64,000 nt of DNA from Lama guanicoe (Eukaryota). The position numbers and the translations under genes were made by a program. Under the pieces are notes generated by a model that did not search any database, was not told the origin of the DNA, and saw only the letters and a list, made by a program, of their open reading frames with translations. The DNA is taken from contig MU053588.1 in the NCBI GenBank assembly GCA_013239625.1, positions 831,988-895,987 of the forward strand, given 5' to 3'. This document shows positions 1 through 12,400 of the stretch, one piece after another; position 1 is the stretch's first letter, and every line of letters starts with the position of its first letter.

Positions 1-971
1 GGATGCTTCCAAGGAGGAAAAGCATCCTCGGACATAGAGTATGTGGACAAAGTGGCCAGCCTGCCAGCTCTTGTGTCTGTGGTTCCCGAGTGAAAGCCAC
101 ATAGGCAGTGACACTCACAACTGAGTCCAGCCAGGCCACTCTCTGCCGTGGCCCTGAGTGTCCTGCCTGGCCGTCCAGGCCCAGCTTCCCCAGCAGAAAC
201 ACGAGCCCAGAGTGTCCTTGGGCTGCTCTGGGGGCAGTAGGGTGTGTGGTTGTGAGCTCAGGCTCCAATGGGCCTGGTGGGAAGTTCTGAGTCAGCTGTA
301 TGACCTTGGCAGTGACCTCATCTCTCCCAGGCTCAGGTCCCTCCACTGTGGTAGATGCCCTCAGTGCCTCTCTCAGGGTGGTTTCAGGATCCAGTGAGAT
401 CACATCTACCCAGCCCTCAGCACAGGACCCAGCGCATCATTAAGAGAATGATGACTCCTGCTTCTCAAGCACTTACTCTCACTTGTTGCTGGAGTTGTCA
501 TTGTTAGGGAAGCACAGAGAGGCTTCAGGGGTTGAAAGCACAGGTCTGAAGCCCTTTCTGACTGTGTGACCTTGGACCAGTTACTTAACCTCTCTGAGTC
601 TTGATGTCCTCCTTCATCTATTAAACTAGTACTAGTATCCACCTCACAGCATCACTGGGAGGATATAGCACAGTGATACATGCAAAGCCTTCACAATAGT
701 TCCTGACACAGAACATGTGCTTAATAATAATCATTATTATGATTATTTTAAATACAGCACTGATCGAAAGTGTGGGCTCTGGGGTTAGACCACATGGGCT
801 TGGGTCCTCTGTTAGCATGTTTGTAAGTTTGATAGATGTTAACTAGCCCTCCACTGGGGTTGTGTGTTCTTTTGAGATCCGATGCTCAGTTCAGACACAT
901 TGACTAGCCTTGGGAGTTCAAACTAATTTACACCCATACCAGCCATCATGATTTTAAACCCATTTCACCTT

Positions 972-1129
972 ATCAAAAAAATTTTTTTTCTAACTTTTTT
1001 TGGTAGGGGAGAGGGAGGAGGTAATTAGGTCTATTTATTTATTTTAGAGGAGGTACTGGGCGTTGAACCTGGGACCTCATGCATGCTAAGCATGCACTCT
1101 ACCACTTGAGCTATGCCCTCCCCCCTCCA
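972..1129 (-). mobile_element. Camelid tRNA-derived SINE (Vic-1-like)
   Basis: Head tagctcaagtggtagagtgcatgcttagcatgcatgaggtcccaggttcaa on - strand; TSD atttcacctt at 962 and 1130. Confidence 0.85.
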
Positions 1130-1913
1130 ATTTCACCTTTGAACCAGCAATTTCACTTGTAGAATTCTGTCCCAAACGCAAGTCCACACTTGCTCCAAGT
1201 TGGGTGTAGAGGACAGACCACCAGAATATTTAGAAAAACTGAAAATAACCTGAATGTCCCTCAATAGGAACCTGGTTAAATAATCAATGTCCATTCATAT
1301 GATGGAATACTGTACAGCTATTGAAGATAAGATAACCTCATGTTCAGTTGTGTGATGATGCATTATGGAGATAATGGAGCAAAAAGCAAGTGTAAGCATA
1401 TTTATTTGTAAAGTGAGAAATCAAGTTGTCAGATGATGTCTGTTATGATTCTATTTTCGTTTAACAAAAAAAGTTGTGCACGTTTAACCAACAAAGGAGT
1501 GCTACCTGGTATATATAAAGGATCCTGTCCACCAATAAGACAGTCAATCCCATAAAAAGTGTGTAAAAAATATGAACAAGTAGTTTACAAATAGAAAAAT
1601 CCAGATGACCAGCAAGGATGAAAACATGCTCAGCCTCCTTTGAGGATGGAGGACTGTTGTAAGGCTTCGCTAAGTTAACCCACGGAAAGCACTAGAGTGG
1701 TACCTGGCACGCAGTAAGTGCTCAGTAAACATTCTGAGTGTTGTTATACCCCAGGACGTGAGCTGGTGGGATCACGGGCTGTGTGAGCTGAGCAGAGAAG
1801 CTGGAAGAAAGGTGGGACCGAGGAGCCACATTTAGGGCCAGAGTCTTTGGGTGGACTTGGGCCAGGGCCTGAGTTACCTCTAACCACCCGGTGTGTCTCC
1901 TGTCTTCCTACAG

Positions 1914-2032
1914 AGCCCTTGTGGCACGTGCCCGCCCAGACCCGGCTCTCGGCCATGGCAGGAAGCAGCGGCAGCAAGCACGCCTCCAGGCAGGACGCAG
2001 CAGGCAAAGATTCCCCCAACAGGCATTCCAAA
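1914..2032 (+). CDS. SIPA1L3: SIPA1L3 internal coding exon (EPLWHVPAQ...SPNRHSK)
   Basis: cttcctacag acceptor, aa|gtgagt donor; peptide matches recalled SIPA1L3 C-terminal half; ends phase 0, joining the next exon GEPQY. Confidence 0.93.
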
Positions 2033-2249
2033 GTGAGTGTGGGCCCCGCCTCCCAACCCCCCGGAGCCAGGGCTGCGGGAGCTGGGCTGCTCCCCCTGGG
2101 TGGGGCCTCGGAACAGCACACGTGAGCCCCTCCTCCACCTCTGGCAATCCCACTCCAGCAGTTAGACCCAGCCAGGCGCTCAGCCTGGCTGCAGCCCCGC
2201 CAGCCACCCCCTCTAGCCGGTCTCCTCATTATTGCGTCGGTCATGGTAG

Positions 2250-2670
2250 GTGTCTTCACCAGCTCTGGCGCCAGAACAAAAATACCACAGACTGTGTGGC
2301 TTATAAACCACAGAAATTTATTTCTCATGATTCTGGAGGCTGGGGAGTCCAAGATCAGGGCTCAGGCAGACTTCATTGTCTGGTGAGGACCCACTTCCTG
2401 GTTGATAGCTTTCCCCTCACCTTATGCGTGAAGGGAGCTCTCTACGGTCTTTTACAAGAAAATAAATAACATGGGTTTTATAACCCCATTCATGAGGAAT
2501 ATATAAACATACATAGGATAAATAGGTAACTATAAATAGGAGTTTTATAATCACATTCATGAGGGCTCTACCTCATAACCTAACCACCCCCCAGAGGCCC
2601 CACCTCCTAATACCATCACATTGGGATTCAGCGTATGAATTTGGGGGAACACGGACTATTCAGTTTATGG
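2250..2670. mobile_element. MLT1-type MaLR solo LTR
   Basis: aaataccacagactg...aaatttatttctcatgattctggaggctgg...tccaagatc...ccacctcctaataccatcacattgg. Confidence 0.75.
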
Positions 2671-3059
2671 CAATAGGTTAACTGCTATAACAGACAGTCC
2701 CCAAATCTCAGTGACCTCACACACCAGAAGTTCTTTCCCTCTCATGTAACAATTCACTGTGGGTATTCTGTGAGCAGCTTTCCACATGGTGATTCAGGAA
2801 CCCAGGCTCCCTCCCTCTTGTTGCTCCACTGTCCCTCAGGGCCCGAGCCCTCTGCTGGGGCCCTGCCTCTTTCCAGTGGATGAGGTGCGGATTGGAGGAA
2901 GAGAGGACGTTTTTGTAGCCCAGACCTGGAAATGGCATAATTCACTTCCCCTTCTATTGCATTGGCCACGTCTCCCTGCAAAGGGAGCTGGGAAATGTAG
3001 TCCCATGTGCCCAGGAGAAGGAGACAGTTTGGGTGAGCACTTGGCAGTCTCTTCACATC

Positions 3060-3960
3060 CATTCATTCAGTGAGTGTTTGATGAGCACTTGCAACGTGCC
3101 AGGCCCTGACCACAGTGATGAAGAGGGCAGAACGCTGACATCCCGATGGGGGCAACAAGCAGTACGCAGCGCAACAGATTCGTAATGTAATGCCGAGAAC
3201 CGATTCTTGCCGTGAAAGGAGAACCAAGTACAGTTAAGGGAAAAGAGTGTCCAGCACGGCTGCTTTAGGATGAGGTGGTTGGAGAAGGCCTTTGAGGAGG
3301 TGACCTTTCAGCAAAACCTTAGAAGAAAGGGGCAATCCATGAAAATACCTAAGGGAAGAGCACTGCAGGCAGAGGGAACAGCAGGTGCAAAGGCCCCGAG
3401 GGGGCAGTGCCTGGCAGGCTCAAGGAGCAGCAGGAGGCCAGTGTGGCTGGAGCAGAGCCATCAAAACGGAGAGGGGAGATGACGTTAGAGACCAGAACCT
3501 GGGACCAGATCATATGGGGCCTCAGGGGCCGTGGTGAGGACTCTTGCTCTTCCCTTGAGTGAGGAGGATTCTGAGCAGGAAGGGATAGGAACTGAAGCAG
3601 ATGTTCACAGCCTGTCTCTGGCTGCACGTAGGGAACAAACTGGGGGTGGGGGTTGGGGGGGCAGGAACAGGAGCTGGGAGACCAGGGAGGAGGCCTCTCC
3701 ATTGTCCAGCTGGAAGCAGTGGTGGACAGGACAGTGTGGAGCCGTGGAGGGAGGGAAAGTGGCAGGTTTGTATCTATTTTGAAGGTGCAACAAGATTTAC
3801 TGTTGGACTAGACATGGGTGTGAGAGCCAAAGCAGGGTCGAGAGTGGCTCCACGGCTTTCAGGTGGGGCAGCTAAAAGGACAGAGGTGCCATTATGAGGT
3901 GGAGGAGGCGGATTCAGGAAGGAAGGCCACGAGCTCAGTTTCAGACGTGTTGAGCTTAAG
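3060..3960 (-). mobile_element. L2 3' segment
   Basis: cattcattcag...gagcact...gtgcaaaggccccgag, L2 antisense hallmarks. Confidence 0.6.
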
Positions 3961-4204
3961 CTGTGGGCAGTACGTCACATACGTAGTGTCATTTATCCCT
4001 CTGAGCAACCCCATGGGGCAGGGTTATTATCAACCCATTTTACAAGTATAGAAAGTGAGGTACAGGGAAGTTGATTCACTTGCCCAAGGTAACAAGGCCA
4101 GTGAGTGGGGGAGCCAAGGTTCACAGTGTGGGGAGGTCCCAGAGGGGAAGGTTTACCAGCCCCACCTTGGAGTCTAGGAATGACACACCTCTCTTGCCTT
4201 CCAG

Positions 4205-4632
4205 GGAGAGCCTCAGTACTCCAGTCATTCCAGCAGCAATACCCTCTCCAGCAACGCGTCCAGCAACCACAGCGACGATCGATGGTTCGACCCCCTAGAC
4301 CCCCTGGAGCCAGAGCAAGACCCTCTCTCCAAGGGTGGCTCCAGTGACAGTGGCATTGACACCACCCTCTACACCTCCAGCCCCAGCTGCATGTCCTTGG
4401 CCAAGACACCTCGGCCGGCCAAGCCACACAAGCCCCCTGGAAGTATAGGCCTCTGTGGGGGCGGGCGCGAGGCTACCGGGCGGTCCCACCATGCAGACCG
4501 GCGACGGGAGGTCTCACCTGCCCCTGCGGTCACTGGCCAGAACAAGGGCTATCGACCGAAGCTGTACTCTTCAGGCTCCAGCACCCCTACAGGCCTGGCT
4601 GGGGGCAGCCGTGACCCACCAAGGCAGCCCAG
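4205..4632 (+). CDS. SIPA1L3: SIPA1L3 coding exon ([20 protein letters not shown]...SSDSGIDTT...DPPRQP)
   Basis: ccttccag acceptor, ag|gtaagg donor; SPAR-family [12 protein letters not shown] and DSGIDT motifs; 428 nt, phase 0 to 2. Confidence 0.96.
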
Positions 4633-5294
4633 GTAAGGCACTGCATGTAGTCCAGGTCCTTCAGGGGGTTCTGACCACCTTCCATATCCCCACAGTCCTG
4701 ACTGTGGAGTTCCCCTCCCCAGGAACATGCTTACGTATTAGTTTGCTTACAGAACTGGGGGGCTCATGGACCTCTCTCTGGTTCACTCTGACCCTCAGTC
4801 TCTCTTTCCTTTCCTCCCTGCTGAGACCAGTAGTTTTTATGCTTTCTGGGAGTCATAGACTATTTTTGTTAGGAGAACATTTGGCTGGCAGTAATAGGAA
4901 ACCTGACCCACAGTGGCTTAAACAAATGGAGGTTTAACAGTCCCCAGATGGGACGTCCAGAGAGGGCAGAGCCGGGCTTGTGCAGCAGCAGCTCAGGGAG
5001 GGCCTCAAGGCCTAGCACCCTCTGTCTTCCGGCTCCATCATCCTCCTCATACTGACTGTGACTTCCTGGTCTCCAGGTGGCTGTGGTGTCCCCTGGAGGC
5101 ATGGGGCAAAGAACAGGGGAAGGATTGTAACATCTGTGTAGCTCCCCGTCTATGGAGAAAGCAAAAGCTTTCCCAGATCCCCCTCAGCAGGCAGTGTCAC
5201 AGGGCCATCTCAGCTACAGGGAAGTCTGGGAGAGCATGGTTTAGCCTTCCAGCCCCCACAGTGAAGGGCAGCGTGGTTCCCAGACAGTCCCCTG

Positions 5295-5416
5295 GAGGGC
5301 TCTTCAACACAGATTCCCCTGACCTCCTGAGTGGGGACTGAGGATATGCATTTTTACAAAGTTCCCCGTGGATGCTGATGCTGCTGGTCCCCGGACCACA
5401 CTCTGAGAACCACTGG
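5295..5416. mobile_element. MER5A-like hAT DNA transposon relic
   Basis: gatgctgatgctgctggtccccggaccacactctgagaaccactg terminal motif. Confidence 0.65.
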
Positions 5417-6283
5417 TAGAGAGGCAGACGGAGAAAAAAGTGAGAATGAGCAGGCATGGTCTAGCCAACAACCTGGAGTCTGGACCACATGCACTTTGAG
5501 AATCCAGTGAAAGCCACGAACTGCCTCCTGGAAAAGTCATTCTGCCGTCACAGGGCTCAGCCTGGTCCAAGGGCTGCCGCCTCCCTTCCCTTCCCTTCCG
5601 GTTCTTTCCCTTCCCTTCCTTTCCCTGACCATAGCTGAGCAGGGGCCAGCCCGTGTCCAGGAACCCCCGTTAGGGTCTTTATCTCCTTCAACTTCCTGAC
5701 ACCTTGACCAGCCACCATACCTGCGCAGGACACGTGCACCTGGGCAGTGGTCTCAGACCTCCTTGACCACCACACGCGGTGGACCTGAGTCCTGGGTCTT
5801 TGTACAGAAATAACTGTTTTAAAAAAAAGGTGAAGGAAGAATTCCCTAGTGATTCTTAGCCTGACTGTGTGGGAAGCACTTTGATCCAGTCCAGTCTGCT
5901 GAGAATGTTTGGATGCGGCTCGCTACCTCCTTCAACAATCTCAAGACCTGACAGTGGTCCCCTCATTACCAAAGTCCAGTTCGGCCGCTTACCGCTCAGA
6001 AGCCAATATCTGATCAGGAGACAAGTGTTGGTTGGAAAGGAAAAATACGCAGAAGCCTAAGGGTCCTGGAGTTTAGCTACTGTAAGAGTTAGAGAGTTTA
6101 AAGTATAACTAGATTCTGAGACCAAGGGGCTGCCTATGCGATGACAGACTTGGAAACCACCATATGTGAGACCCACTCTGGCCCTGTCCTGAAGTCAGGG
6201 AGCCTGGGGAAGGTGAGGGTAGAGAGAGAGCATCCCGGTGAGTTGAGTTTCTGTCTCTGCCTGCCTCTCTAGACAGATCGTTT

Positions 6284-6415
6284 TGGGGTTTTTTGTTTCT
6301 GTTTTTGTTTTTTTTGGAGGGGGGAGGTTTACTAATTTGTTTATTTTTAGAGGAGGTACTGGGGACTGAACCCAGGACCTTGTGTATGCTGAGTATGAGC
6401 TATTCCCTCCCCCCT
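6284..6415 (-). mobile_element. Camelid tRNA-derived SINE (internally deleted copy)
   Basis: gaggaggtactggggactgaacccaggacc..., T-rich tail on + strand. Confidence 0.8.
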
Positions 6416-9400
6416 CAGATCATTCTTAATCATTTGAACTCATGGACTCTCTTGAACAGCTCCTTTATTCATTTATTTATCCATTCATTTCACTTGCTGC
6501 TATTTCTTGGAGATTTGTTAGGTCCTGGGCACTGTGCTGGGAGCTGAGGAGAAAGAGTGGGCAAATTCAGATGAGGCCCCCAGCCCTCACCTCACTCACC
6601 ATCAACTGAGGGTGACAGACTAGAATCAGGTCATCACTGAGACAAATGTCAAAGTACACCCACTGAGAGGGACTTGGTGCTGAGAGAGTCCTTGGGGCCA
6701 CAGCGTCCCAGGTCTCTGCTGTGGTAGCCCCTGTGCTGGGCACAGGCCCGTGATAGTAATGAGAATATGAGTAGCTAGAGGGTTTTGGAATCTGGATATA
6801 AAGGCAGCGGTGCTGGGGTGTAGACTGTGTCTGGGGCAGAGAAGGGGTGGAATAAAACCCTGTGTCTGAGAGGATTTGCTGAACCCAGAAATGAAGGAAA
6901 TAAAATGGGAGAGGAACTGCTACAAAAGAGGGCCCTGCGGTTGGGAGCTTTAATTTGCATACAGACAATTGATGCTAATTGCAAATCATTCTTATCTACT
7001 CATTAAAGCTGCTTCCTGAAGTTTTCTCCTAGGCAACCAGGCTTTAGTGTGAAACAGCATTTCCCAAAATGGGGTGCTCGAGGTGATTTGGGTGGTACAC
7101 GGAGGAAAATGTTTTATCTTAAATGGATATTAGGAAAAGTGTTATCAGCCCTTCCCCTGATTTTATAGATACTGCCTTGGACAAGTCAAGGAAAATTAAA
7201 TAAGTTGATTTAAAGAATCTGATTCATGGCAAACGAGAGAGTGTGTACTCCAGAGTCAGCCCACTGGGGTTCAAGCCCTCTCTCTGTCTTGTCTTGGCTC
7301 TGTGGCCTTGGGCAAATGACTGAACCTCTTTGGGCCTCAGTTTCCTCATCTGTGGAATGGGAGCTAAATCACATACCTACCTCATGGGTTTGGTGAGGGT
7401 TAAATGAGCTCATGTTTGCAGAGGCCTTAGAACAGTACCTGACAGTGAATGTCAAGCCTGGCTGTATTAGAATCTTGGGCGGGGGTAGGGTTGGGTGGGC
7501 ATTATAGAAAAGATGAAGTCTTGCCTCAGACTAAGTAAGTCAGAGTATCTCTCCTTGACCAGACCTTACAGGCAGTGATGGGGACACTATGGTGCCTGAG
7601 ATAGCACCAGGCCTCCCTTCTCAGGACTCAGTGTCAGTGGAGGAGACCAGCCTATCCCCAGACAGTGATAGCTCACAGCGGCCAGGGCCAGGGTGAGGGA
7701 TGCACTCCGGATGTGGGAGCCCAAAGGAGGGGCCTGACCCGGTGTAGGAGAGGCTGTCCTGAAGAAAAGAGGCCAAGCTCCTGGGAACTAGGAAGACAGA
7801 GTGTTCCAGACAGGGAAGATGTGTAAGTCCCACCTCACCTGCGGGTCCTCCCACAACCTTCCCATCCCAATAGCTGCAAATTTTCAGGTGGTCACTGAGC
7901 ACCTGCGCCCAAGGGCCCCACATGTGCCTCTGCTTGCCACTGGCTTCACTGCCTCTTGTTCCTGGCAGCCCAGCCACCTTCTGCATCTGCTGTCATCAGT
8001 CCCTTCCCTGGGACCAAGCTGGAATGATGACCCGCTGCCCAGGGCAGGCACAAGGGCTCCCCAGCTGCCCTGTGTCTCCCTCCTGCACTCTGTAGCGCAG
8101 CACTTTGTGTTCATCCCGGCAGCAAGCGCCTACCCCTGCTGTGTGCTCAGCCCTCTGCTGCAGACTGGGCTCCGGCCATCCTGGCTCTGATAGGGCACCA
8201 GGGGAGACAGCAAGCAAATAATTACAAAAGTAATGAATTATGCTCGGGGAAAGCCTGCAGGAAGACCCACTGGGATCTGAGAGTGGATGTGGTAGGGATC
8301 TGGAGGGGGTATCTAATCTAGCCTGTGGGAGAGTTTTCCCCTAAGGAGGAGTCATTTCTGCCAAGGATGAGAGGGATAAGGAGGGAGCAGGTGAAGTGGT
8401 TTCAGGAGACAAATGATATATTCTTGACCTAGGATGCAGTTATGTGGGTATTTGCTTTGCAACTATTTGTTAAATTATACATATGTTTTGTGTATTTTGC
8501 TCTATGTGGGCTGTGTTACAGTTTTTTTTTAAGGGAGAAAGGAAAGATGACATGTGGGGAGGGTGTCCTCATGAGTGGGAGTAGCATATGCAAAGGCCCT
8601 GAGATGGGGAGGAGGGTGGATGCTATCAGGTCACTGAATACAGGCTCCTTGGCTTAAGTGTAGAAATTGAGGGGGTTGGGGCCAGGGCCAGACCACGCAA
8701 GGCCCTGCCAGCCACATTAGAGTTTGGATTTGATCCTAAGAGCTATAGGCAGCAAGGAAAGGTTTCAGCAGAGAGGATAATGCAGGCAGGTGTGTGTTTT
8801 GAAAGATGGTGCTGGAGGCAGGATTGAAAACGTCTCAGTGATGAGTCTGAGGCCGAAATGTGAGTGAGAGGGAAGGGGGCCTGGACCAGAAGACAGAGCA
8901 ACTGCAGACATGTCAGCAGGTGGCACCGACAGGACAGAAGCAGGGAGGGAAACAGTCTCAGACAGCATGCCTTCTGCTCGTCGGGCCAACTGTGTCAGGA
9001 GATTGCTGCAGACAAGGAGCATGGAGATTCTTGAGAGAGAAAATGAGAGCAGAGCTGGGCAGGCCTCAGAGGAATGTTGTTTGTATGTTCACTGACACTA
9101 AAGCACCCACTATGTGCCAGGCACTGTTCTAAGCATGGCGATACAGCAGGGAACAAAGTCAAGTCCCTCCCTTGTGGTGCTGACAGTCTCCTGAAGAGAC
9201 AGCAAGGCAGAAAGACAATTGAGCAACCGTGTACTATTAGTATGCCAGGCGGAAATAAGGTCTGGGGACAAAACCCAAAGAGATAGAAGGAAGGCTTTTC
9301 GGAGGAGGTGATATTTTGCAGGAAGCATGGGAGTGATCCAGGCAGAGGAAATAGCAAATGCCAAGGCCCTGAAGGTAAACTCATTTGCAGTGCTCTGGAA

Positions 9401-12400
9401 ATGCTCCTGTGGGCAGGTGGAGAAAAGGAGAGGGTGGCAGGAGTTCTGATTTGCAAAGTAGACAGGGGCGCAGCTCTTGGGGCCTTACAGACCACAGTCA
9501 AGTGCTGGGATTTGATTCTGAGGGACATGGAGCCATGGGAGCACATAATCTGACTTAACGTTTTAAGAAGACCACTTGGGCAACTCGAGGGAAAGTGGAC
9601 TGTTTCGGGGGGGATTGAGTTTCCCAGCAAAATTCGAGGCCTGCCAGGAAAGGGATGGGCCCTGCTGGGTCGGACCAGGGAGCCCCGCCCACTCCCTCCT
9701 CACGTTGCAGCCTCGCCGGGGAAGCCCCGCAGCCTGCAGCAGCTTGTGCCCAGCGGTGATTTCAGTGACTTCACAGACTCCCCGCAGACGTGCGTCATGG
9801 GAGCCCGGCTTCCAGGCACGGTGTCTGGCGCCAGCGCCTGCTCTGGGCCCCGTGGCGGGCCCGATGACACCAGGCGGGCCGCCTCCTGCCCCCCGCCCTC
9901 TTTCAGGGCAGCACGCGCTCCGGAGCGTCCTGGGCTTCCAGGGCAATTTGTCAGAGCAGGTTAGGGGCAGTGAGAGACTCTCGGCTGTACGTGGAGCCGA
10001 CGCCGCCGGGCGTTCCCGAGCAGGTAGGGTGCTTCCCCAGACTGCTCTGGTCTCCAGGACTCCCTTCTGGGGGCACAGCCCTGAGATGCGATGTGAGGGG
10101 CCCACCCTGCCTGTGTCAGCTGGGAAGCTGGGGTCACACAACCAAGGCCTACTCAGAGAGTCACAGTCAGCTTCAGAACAGGAACCCAGGCAGGCGTCTC
10201 CAGGAACTCACGGGAGGGAGGGGGCCACTCAGGGATCTGAGGAGCGGGGAGAGTAGTGCAAACACCCCGAGGTGGAAATGTTCTGGTGTTTGAGGAACCC
10301 CTCCCTCGTGGCCAGAAGAGGAGGGAAAGCGGGAGGAGCTGAGGGCAGAGCCAGGGAGCAGGGGGTGTGGGGCCTTGGGGAGGACCCAGGGGAGGACTCT
10401 GACTCTTACCTGGAATCAGGCGGAGCCCCAGAGAGTCCTGAGCAGAAGAGGGCTGTGATCGGAGGCCCCGTCTGACTGTATTTGGGGGTGAGGGCAGGAA
10501 GCAGCCGCTGTGGGGATACAGGTGGACAGTGGTTGGTGGAGGCAGCAAGCGGTGGTTGGATTCTGCATCAGTTTGGAGCCAGGAGTTTTTGCCTCACATC
10601 CTCTGCTTCCATTTTCTGAAGACCTGCCATTTTCCCTCCTGGGCTGCAGGCTGGAACGTTCAGGCACCGGAGCCTGGTCATCCAGCCATGTGCAGGGACT
10701 GACTCGACTCTCGAACCCATGCCAGTGCCCCGGGAGAGAGGGCAGGATTAGTCCAGCGGTTAAGGCCCCATGGGGTGCCCCTGGGTGGTTCTGGGTGAGC
10801 AGTGCTGTTTCCCATCTCAACCACTAGTCAACCGTGATCTCCATCAGGCTCCTCGCTTCCTCCGAGGCTCGATTTCCTCATCCAGAAAATGTGATGACAG
10901 GCTTTGTGTTCTCTGCAAGGCCGAACCCACACCGGCATTGAAGTGATTAGCACGAGGCCCGCGGCACAGCTGGCCCAGACCCATCAGCTGCTGCTAGGCT
11001 CTATTCTCACGTGCTGTGTGTTTACCGTGACTACCATTGTCATGAGAGCACAGGTCAGTGGTTAAACGCAGTGTCTCCTGAGCCAGATTGCCTGTGTTTG
11101 TATCCTGGCTCCATCCCCTACCAGCTGCATCATTTGGAGCAAGTTATTTAATTTCTCTGGGCCTCAGCTTCCCCACCTGAAACTTGGGGATAGTGGTAGT
11201 TCTTGCCTCGTAGGGTCGCTGGGACATCTAAATGCAGCACTGCCTGTGAGATGCTTAGAGCAGGGCCTGGCCATGTTCACAGGCTCGATGTGGTCACCAG
11301 TGTCACCTGCTGTGCCACTGCCCTTCCTTCTGAAGGCAGGGACACAGCTCCCTTTGTGCCTGTTGCCCACTCTGGGCCACCATTGGCCTCCCTTCAGAGT
11401 CCCAGGGCTGGATAAACCCAGGGCGTTGCACATGCCTCTGCTTCTGTACGATTTCTCCATCCCACCTGGGGTTTTTCAGCTTTTTTTATAAGCCACAGAA
11501 CCTTTTCCTCCAGCAAAATCTTAAACGCTCTCCTAGATGCAGTACAATGAGTGCACAGCCTCTCGGGGTGCAGGTGCGGTGTGGTGCAGAGAAGAATGCT
11601 GCATCCGAGTCCTGGCTGGGCCTGGCCTGGGCTTTTAGCCCCTGGACACACCATGTTTCTTTACACCTGCAGCTCTGGGAGCACATCCCTGGTGCCCGGG
11701 CCTGTGCTGAGCACTTTGCACGCGTGATCTCGTGAGGCAGGTGCTGTCATTGCCTTGTTTCTCAGAGGAAGAAACTGAGGCTCCTTGAGGGGAAGGGACT
11801 CAAGCGAAGATCACAGGGCATCAGTCAAGCTGGGTTGGAACCTGGGTCAGATGAGCAGCACGGCCCACGTTCTCATCCACTGCGTGGTGCTGCCTCGCTT
11901 TTCAGGTCGAAGCTGAGGCCCAGGGAGGGCACCTGGCCACACCGGTGCTGCAGAAGGGAAGTGTGTGTGTTGATTGGTAGGTGGGGTAAGAACATCCTGT
12001 ATACAGCACCTGGCACAGCCTGTGGTCCCCAGGGCATGTGGGACGGGCGCCCGCCTTGGCTGGGGTAGGTTGAGATGCACAGCACATTCAGGGGAAGAGT
12101 TCTTTGCTGTCCTACTGTGTACAGACACCATCCATTCCTGAGGCTTGGAGAGGCTAATGACGGCACAGTCGTGGGAACGCCTTTGATTACATATAGCAGG
12201 AAATCCCAGCTCAATTGGAGGAAGTCTGTTATCTCTCAAAAGGAGAAGTCCCAAGTTAGGGAGGGCCCCACGACTGGGTAATTTATTGACTCGAGGACCC
12301 AGGTTCTTTCCTTTTCTTTGTTCTGCCTCCATCGGCCTAAAGACTGGCTCCCCTCACAGTCTCCAAGTGGCTGTCATTCAACCAGATCGTCGCTAGGGTT

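Noticed and set aside
626..637. ACTAGTACTAGT palindrome, and short local duplications at about 2473/2539 and 63417/63438
   Set aside because: Lie inside old repeats; ordinary slippage events
9563..10256. Long overlapping ORFs (226 aa on +, 192 aa on -) in a GC-rich SIPA1L3 intron patch
   Set aside because: No recognisable domain, low-complexity Pro/Gly/Ala/Arg composition expected from GC content; may be regulatory but not supportable as coding
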